From NCBI GenBank assembly GCA_032718475.1, contig JAUCBJ010003604.1:1-53794 (forward strand): DNA of 53,794 nt. The letters are read 5' to 3'. This stretch comes from Nemertoderma westbladi. Taxonomy: Eukaryota > Animalia > Xenacoelomorpha. Positions 47,907 through 53,794 of the stretch are shown piece after piece. The notes under the pieces are model-generated. The model did not search any database. It had not been told where the DNA came from and saw only the letters and a program-made list of their open reading frames with translations. Numbering within the stretch: position 1 is the first letter of the stretch; every line of letters begins with the position of its first letter. Both the position numbers and the translations under genes were made by a program.

Positions 47907-49835
47907 ATGACAACAACACAGATATCTCTTGGAGTTTGCAACTCCCTGGCGGGTCCGGACGAGGAAGCGAGTACGTCGAGTTCCGTCGTCGACGTGGAGA
48001 CGACGACTTCTCCGCGAAGTAAACCTCTTCGCTCCTCGATCCTCCGAGTTTCCGGCACCTCCGGCAGTGACTCGGACTCCGCTGTCGGATGGCCTCGTCG
48101 TTGCAGCGACGCCACAGACTACTCCGTCTCCACGCAGGAAACTCCACCGGAACACAGAAAGAAAAGGGTCAGCTTCCGCGAGTCAGCGGAATCTCAGAAA
48201 TTCCTCGTGGAAACCGAAAAGTTACTCGGGAAAATGGAGGAGGAAGTCCGTAGGAATCTTAGATTACCTCCGTCGCCGATGGTCGGGCGACCGAACCATC
48301 ACAGATCGAATTCACGCAGCCCAGACAGACCTTCACCGAGGAGTAGAACGAATGGGAGCGGAGAGCCGGATTCTAGGAGGTTGTATGCGCGGAAGTCACC
48401 AGTCGGGATGGACGTAGCTTCCGCGTTGGACTGTCTGAGCGAGACTGCTAACCTTCCGGAAGAAAACGGACACCGCCCGAATCCGAACAAACCGGGTAAA
48501 ACTCAGCGAGGAAGTCCAAAAGTTCGCCCAACTAAGACCACATTGCTGCGGTTGGGCAAATATAGCGACAGTGAGGGTAACGCGGACGAATGGGAGCAGG
48601 TTGAATCCCGAGCGCGTCTCCCGTTCCACATCAGTCCGCAGACGATGCGACGCATCGACCAACTCGCTCGACCCAAACAACCGCCGACGTTGCGGTCCCC
48701 GGTAACGGATCTCCCCGCCCCGCAACTCCGTCCGTCCCCGGCCTTCCTGGGCCCGCCGCGCTGCGCCGTTCCCAAAAGGAAGACCAAATCCTCGAGGAGC
48801 GGCTCCACTCCCGTCCCGGTCCGACTCGGTAACTCCAGTCGGAGTTCCACCTCGGATAGCGACCACGGGGAGCCGAGACGCGCGGTCGTTTACCGCAGCG
48901 CGTCGGCGGACAAACAGCGGGGTGGCGGGTCGACGGAATTGCGCGGCACTGAGCGGGAAATCGCGCGGGTTAGTCGCGCGGTGGCGGACGATATCGGAGA
49001 GTTAGCAGATCGAGCGTACCGGAGCCCCTCCCGCGGCGGACGGGGTTCCCCCCGGGGGGGCCAGCGCTCCCCCCGGGGCCCCACCCGACCCCCCTATACA
49101 CCCCCCACCCAGCGCCCCGCCTACAGCGACTCCTTCCTCCGCACCGACTCCCTGGAGGACGACTCCGGCTCCGATACCGTGGCCGACTCCGCGGGGTACG
49201 TTCCAACCAAGTTCTCCCGCACCGGCCGCGGTCGTTCCCCCCGCCGGCACAGCGCCGGACGGCGCGGCGACCCGCCCATGGACGTGCTTGACGTCCTCGT
49301 GCTCAGCTCGGTGCACCAGTTGAGCGACCGGTTGCGACGCGCCACCCACGCTGTGATGCACCGCGCGCGGCTGCTCGCGCCTGCAGATACCGGTCGCGCA
49401 CCGGCGGCCCCCGACGAGGCTCCGCTGCTGAAGACCTCGCAGCGGGAGTTGGCCGCCGTGCTGCAGAACCTCCGTGCCGTGGAGAAACATCTGGGGGATG
49501 TGGGTGTGAGTCTGGAAGGTATGGAGAGACGGGTTGTGGTGGGGGGACGGGGGGCTGTGGGGGGGCCGAGGGAGGGGGGATCCGAGGTGGGCCCCAGAGA
49601 GTGGGGGTCCGACGTACCCAGTGGGTTGGCCGTTCCTACAGGGTCCGGTGGTTCGACGGTCTCACCGCCGGTGCAGCTAGGTAACCCCGGCTATCACCTG
49701 GGAGGCGGCCGATCTCGGGGGCCGCCCCCAGTCGCCTCCGGAGGAGCCGTAGACGCGAGGAAGAGAGCCCGCAGTTGGGACTCCTCCATGTTTCCCCAGG
49801 AGGATATCGATCTGGGACGTCTCAAGTGCAACTAG
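47907..49835 (+). CDS. CEP170-family paralog lacking FHA (CEP170_C-containing), 642 aa
   Basis: Shares ordered blocks with 22643-26782: VRPTKTTLLR/VRPNKTALLR, RRIDQLARPK/RRIDQLAMPK, EIARVSRAVADDIG/EVARVSRAVAHDIG, LVLSS, PLLKTSQRELAAVLQNLRAVEK. In-frame stop at 47880 upstream of the ATG. Confidence 0.82.
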   Translation: MTTTQISLGVCNSLAGPDEEASTSSSVVDVETTTSPRSKPLRSSILRVSGTSGSDSDSAVGWPRRCSDATDYSVSTQETPPEHRKKRVSFRESAESQKFLVETEKLLGKMEEEVRRNLRLPPSPMVGRPNHHRSNSRSPDRPSPRSRTNGSGEPDSRRLYARKSPVGMDVASALDCLSETANLPEENGHRPNPNKPGKTQRGSPKVRPTKTTLLRLGKYSDSEGNADEWEQVESRARLPFHISPQTMRRIDQLARPKQPPTLRSPVTDLPAPQLRPSPAFLGPPRCAVPKRKTKSSRSGSTPVPVRLGNSSRSSTSDSDHGEPRRAVVYRSASADKQRGGGSTELRGTEREIARVSRAVADDIGELADRAYRSPSRGGRGSPRGGQRSPRGPTRPPYTPPTQRPAYSDSFLRTDSLEDDSGSDTVADSAGYVPTKFSRTGRGRSPRRHSAGRRGDPPMDVLDVLVLSSVHQLSDRLRRATHAVMHRARLLAPADTGRAPAAPDEAPLLKTSQRELAAVLQNLRAVEKHLGDVGVSLEGMERRVVVGGRGAVGGPREGGSEVGPREWGSDVPSGLAVPTGSGGSTVSPPVQLGNPGYHLGGGRSRGPPPVASGGAVDARKRARSWDSSMFPQEDIDLGRLKCN

Positions 49836-51070
49836 CCGGTATATTATCGTGTGGCTGTTTGTGTGGCTGTCTTTTTGTTTTTTGGCTGTTCCCTTGAAAA
49901 CATCCAGTTTCATAGTGAGTAAGGGTGGTCTTTTGTAACCGTGGTCTTTAGATTCCTTCAATGGGGTAACTAGAAAATAATCAATTACCTCACCTAATCG
50001 AGTTATTTGATTATTATCGGAAATCATATTAATTAATTAAGGCCATTTATGAGATAAACTTACAATTAATGAAATCGCACGGATATCTACTACCGGTATG
50101 TTAGAATATTATACAATATAATAACATAAATCAGCTCAAGTACAATCGGATGATATAAATAGTTAAGTAGAATAAAAACCTGTTCAGCACAATCTATCTC
50201 TATTTCGGAAATCCTCCAAATAACTACGAACGAGATTAGAGAACCTAAGTGTTAGGCTCGGGGATATTATTATGAAGTGTTATTATTTAGTACCGTAACA
50301 TGAAAAACCGCAGACTCATCTCTCTTGGCAGTTGCTGACTTTGAATCCCGGTTGGAGAAAGCGAATCCAATAAAAATACGCAAATGTACTTTTCTCCTCG
50401 GAGTAATTATTTGTGGTAGAGCGAGTCGACGTTCTATTGGAGTATAAAATCGCGACGATTGGAGAGCAACCCGGATGGGTGGAGGACGATGAGACAACCG
50501 GTCGAGGGATATACACAAAATGTATATTGTCATAAAAATTTGAAAACCTCCAATCAATATTTATCTGCTAAATTTGTTTTACGCTTTACAACTCTTCATA
50601 AGACCACGGTTACCGGAATATTATAAACTATATTGTAACTTGATTTAATTGTTTTTATCATGTTTGCCTTGTAGGCCGGCGCGCGCGTCACGTAATACAA
50701 CGACACGTGGCAGCTCTGTGTGTAATAATATACTACCCGTTGCCAAACTACGAGATTTCCCTTGTCTCACCCTCATGGTGCGTTATTTTGATATTATTGC
50801 ATTCATAAACCGACACAAATTAATTTATTATCATTTGTAATTTTCGTCTCTTAATATCGTGTTTATTAGATCCCGTATATGAAAGTCTCTGGGTTCAACG
50901 ATAATTATTGACGCTCCATATTTAGTACCTCTGAAGGTTATCGTTGCATGTGCTGTGCAATATATTCATCTTGTAGTGCTTTATTTAATATAACAGTAGC
51001 TTCATCATTTAAATTATTATTATCTATGAGATTTTAGGTATTTTGAGAAATTGTTGTGATTAATTTTAAG

Positions 51071-52300
51071 CAGCCAACTCTGACTAACCACAGCCCAACT
51101 CTAACTAACCACAGCCCAACTCTAACTAACCACAGCCCAACTCTAACTAACCACAGCCCAACTCTAACTAACCACAGCCCAACTCTAACTAACCACAGCC
51201 CAACTCTAACTAACCACAGCCCAACTCTAACTAACCACAGCCCAACTCTAACTAACCACAGCCCAACTCTAACTAACCACAGCTCAACTCTAACTAACCA
51301 CAGCCCAACTCTAACTAACCACAGCCCAACTCTAACTTCTAACTAACCACAGCCCAACTCTAACTAACCACAGCCCAACTCTAACTAACCACAGCCCAAC
51401 TCTAACTAACCACAGCCCAACTCTAACTAACCACAGCCCAACTCTAACTAACCACAGCCCAACTCTAACTAACCACAGCCCAACTCTAACTAACCACAGC
51501 CCAACTCTAACTAACCACAGCCCAACTCTAACTAACCACAGCTCAACTCTAACTAACCACAGCCCAACTCTAACTAACCACAGCCCAACTCTAACTAACC
51601 ACAGCCCAACTCTAACTAACCACAGCCCAACTCTAACTAACCACAGCCCAACTCTAACTAACCACAGCCCAACTCTAACTAACCACAGCCCAACTCTAAC
51701 TAACCACAGCCCAACTCTAACTAACCACAGCCCAACTCTAACTAACCACAGCCCAACTCTAACTAACCACAGCCCAACTCTAACTAACCACAGCCCATCT
51801 CTAACTAACCACAGCCCAACTCTAACTAACCACAGCCCAACTCTAACTAACCACAGCCCAACTCTAACTAACCACAGCCCAACTCTAACTAACCACAGCC
51901 CAACTCTAACTAACCACAGCCCAACTCTAACTAACCACAGCCCAACTCTAACTAACCACAGCCCAACTCTAACTAACCACAGCCCAACTCTAACTAACCA
52001 CAGCCCAACTCTAACTAACCACAGCCCAACTCTAACTAACCACAGCCCAACTCTAACTAACCACAGCCCAACTCTAACTAACCACAGCCCAACTCTAACT
52101 AACCACAGCCCAACTCTAACTAACCACAGCCCAACTCTAACTAACCACAGCCCAACTCTAACTAACCACAGCCCAACTCTAACTAACCACAGCCCAACTC
52201 TAACTAACCACAGCCCAACTCTAACTAACCACAGCCCAACTCTAACTAACCACAGCCCAACTCTAACTAACCACAGCCCAACTCTAACTAACCACAGCTC
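51071..52300. repeat. 21-bp satellite, about 58 copies
   Basis: cagcccaactctaactaacca. Confidence 0.98.
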
Positions 52301-52449
52301 GTCTGGTTTGGTCACAAAGTTCCCTTTATTGATTGTTCTGGTGGCGGTTTGTTTTTTAATTATTTTAATCTTTGTCGCTAATTTCATACGTTGAATTAAG
52401 TTTGCGCTTTATAATATCTCTACTAGCTCTTATTGTAACTATGTCATTA

Positions 52450-52948
52450 CCGGTGTGTAGCAGAAAATTTCCACCACCCAAAAATTACACCCCCCCCCCC
52501 CCCCCCCCCCCCGTTAAAATTCCCTAACCTGTATTTTCACACCCCGGTTAGAATTCACTAGGGTATTTTAACCGGGGGTGAAACTCTGAGTGATTTTTTA
52601 GTGAAATTTAACCCCCCTGAATCCCCCTCACCCCCCTCCCCCCCCCCTCACTGCCCCCCTCACTGCCCCCCTCACCCCCTCACTGCCCCTCTCACCCCCC
52701 TCACTGCCTCAGTGTATTCTTACCCCCATGATATTTTAAACTTCAATATGAATTAAATTCAATATAAGCCTACAGATAAGACCACGGATACCTCTAGTAC
52801 ACAGACAAACACCCGCTGGAGATTTATATATAGTAAAGTAGCCTACTGTGGAAGATACAAATAAAATACACCGGCAGTGAGAATACACTGGGGAAATTTA
52901 AACGGGGATGGATTTTGCATGGGGAATGAAAATTCTCTGTTACATCGG
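52450..52948. mobile_element. MITE-like element with CCG(G/A)TGT ends
   Basis: ccggtgtgtagcagaaaattt versus aaaattctctgttacatcgg; C-rich interior. Confidence 0.55.
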
Positions 52949-53138
52949 ACATTTAATATTTCATTAATTGTGCTAAACCCGCTAAATTATTGTTGTAATT
53001 AACAACCCGTGCAAATAATTATTATAATTTATGGATAACAGTTTATACGCGTGATACAATAACACGAGATTATTCGTTGTAGCTACTACTACTAATGGTG
53101 GCGAAATATTTCAATTAAATTAAAAATAAGTCGTGCAA

Positions 53139-53794
53139 TGTTGGGTGGCTGTGCTAGCTGGTGTCTGCCACGAAATACCGTCAGTGTTGGGTGGCTGTGC
53201 TAGCTGGTGTCTGCCACGAAATACCGTCAGTGTTGGGTGGCTGTGCTAGCTGGTGTCTGCCACGAAATACCGTCAGTGTTGGGTGGCTGTGCTAGCTGGT
53301 GTCTGCACGAAATACCGTCAGTGTTGGGTGGCTGTGCTAGCTGGTGTCTGCCACGAAATACCGTCAGTGTTGGGTGGCTGTGCTAGCTGGTGTCTGCCAC
53401 GAAATACCGTCAGTGTTGGGTGGCTGTGCTAGCTGGTGTCTGCCACGAAATACCGTCAGTGTTGGGTGGCTGTGCTAGCTGGTGTCTGCCACGAAATACC
53501 GTCAGTGTTGGGTGGCTGTGCTAGCTGGTGTCTGCCACGAAATACCGTCAATGTTGGGTGGCTGTGCTAGCTGGTGTCTGCCACGAAATACCGTCAATGT
53601 TGGGTGGCTGTGCTAGCTGGTGTCTGCCACGAAATACCGTCAGTGTTGGGTGGCTGTGCTAGCTGGTGTCTGCCACGAAATACCGTCAGTGTTGGGTGGC
53701 TGTGCTAGCTGGTGTCTGCCACGAAATACCGTCAGTGTTGGGTGGCTGTGCTAGCTGGTGTCTGCCACGAAATACCGTCAGTGTTGGGTGGCTG
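53139..53794. repeat. 46-bp satellite, at least 14 copies, running off the right edge
   Basis: tgttgggtggctgtgctagctggtgtctgccacgaaataccgtcag. Confidence 0.98.

Noticed and set aside
50270-50557. 95-aa ORF as a protein-coding gene
   Set aside because: No recognisable domain and a non-ATG start in the track; not supportable as a feature.
51056-52387. ORFs of LTNHSPT / WLVRVGL repeats
   Set aside because: Translation of a 21-bp satellite.

Overview
Eukaryotic, most likely invertebrate animal, genomic DNA dense in transposons and tandem repeats. No prokaryotic features, CRISPR arrays or RNA genes were recognisable. The only host genes are two apparently intronless, same-strand CEP170-family ORFs 21 kb apart. 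The first is a full FHA + CEP170_C gene (22643-26782) with four in-frame coding minisatellites. The second is a diverged FHA-less paralog (47907-49835) whose new N-terminus carries SILR and RKKRVSF PP1-docking-type motifs. Retroelements: an open PHD-endonuclease-RT LINE running off the left edge, a BEL/Pao Gag-protease ORF, a broken Mag-like Ty3/Gypsy element whose RNase H is replaced by a 2.3-kb 9-bp satellite, and CR1, L2, Penelope and RTE remnants. DNA elements: a pogo remnant, Harbinger-type MITEs, and a 4.8-kb hAT element nested in an RTE and carrying Gly-rich/BEN-like cargo. There are eight satellite arrays. Many TACAGTA/TACTGTA/TACCGGTA/TAGGCCTA words look like transposon excision footprints. 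All family calls come from motif recognition by eye, not database searches.
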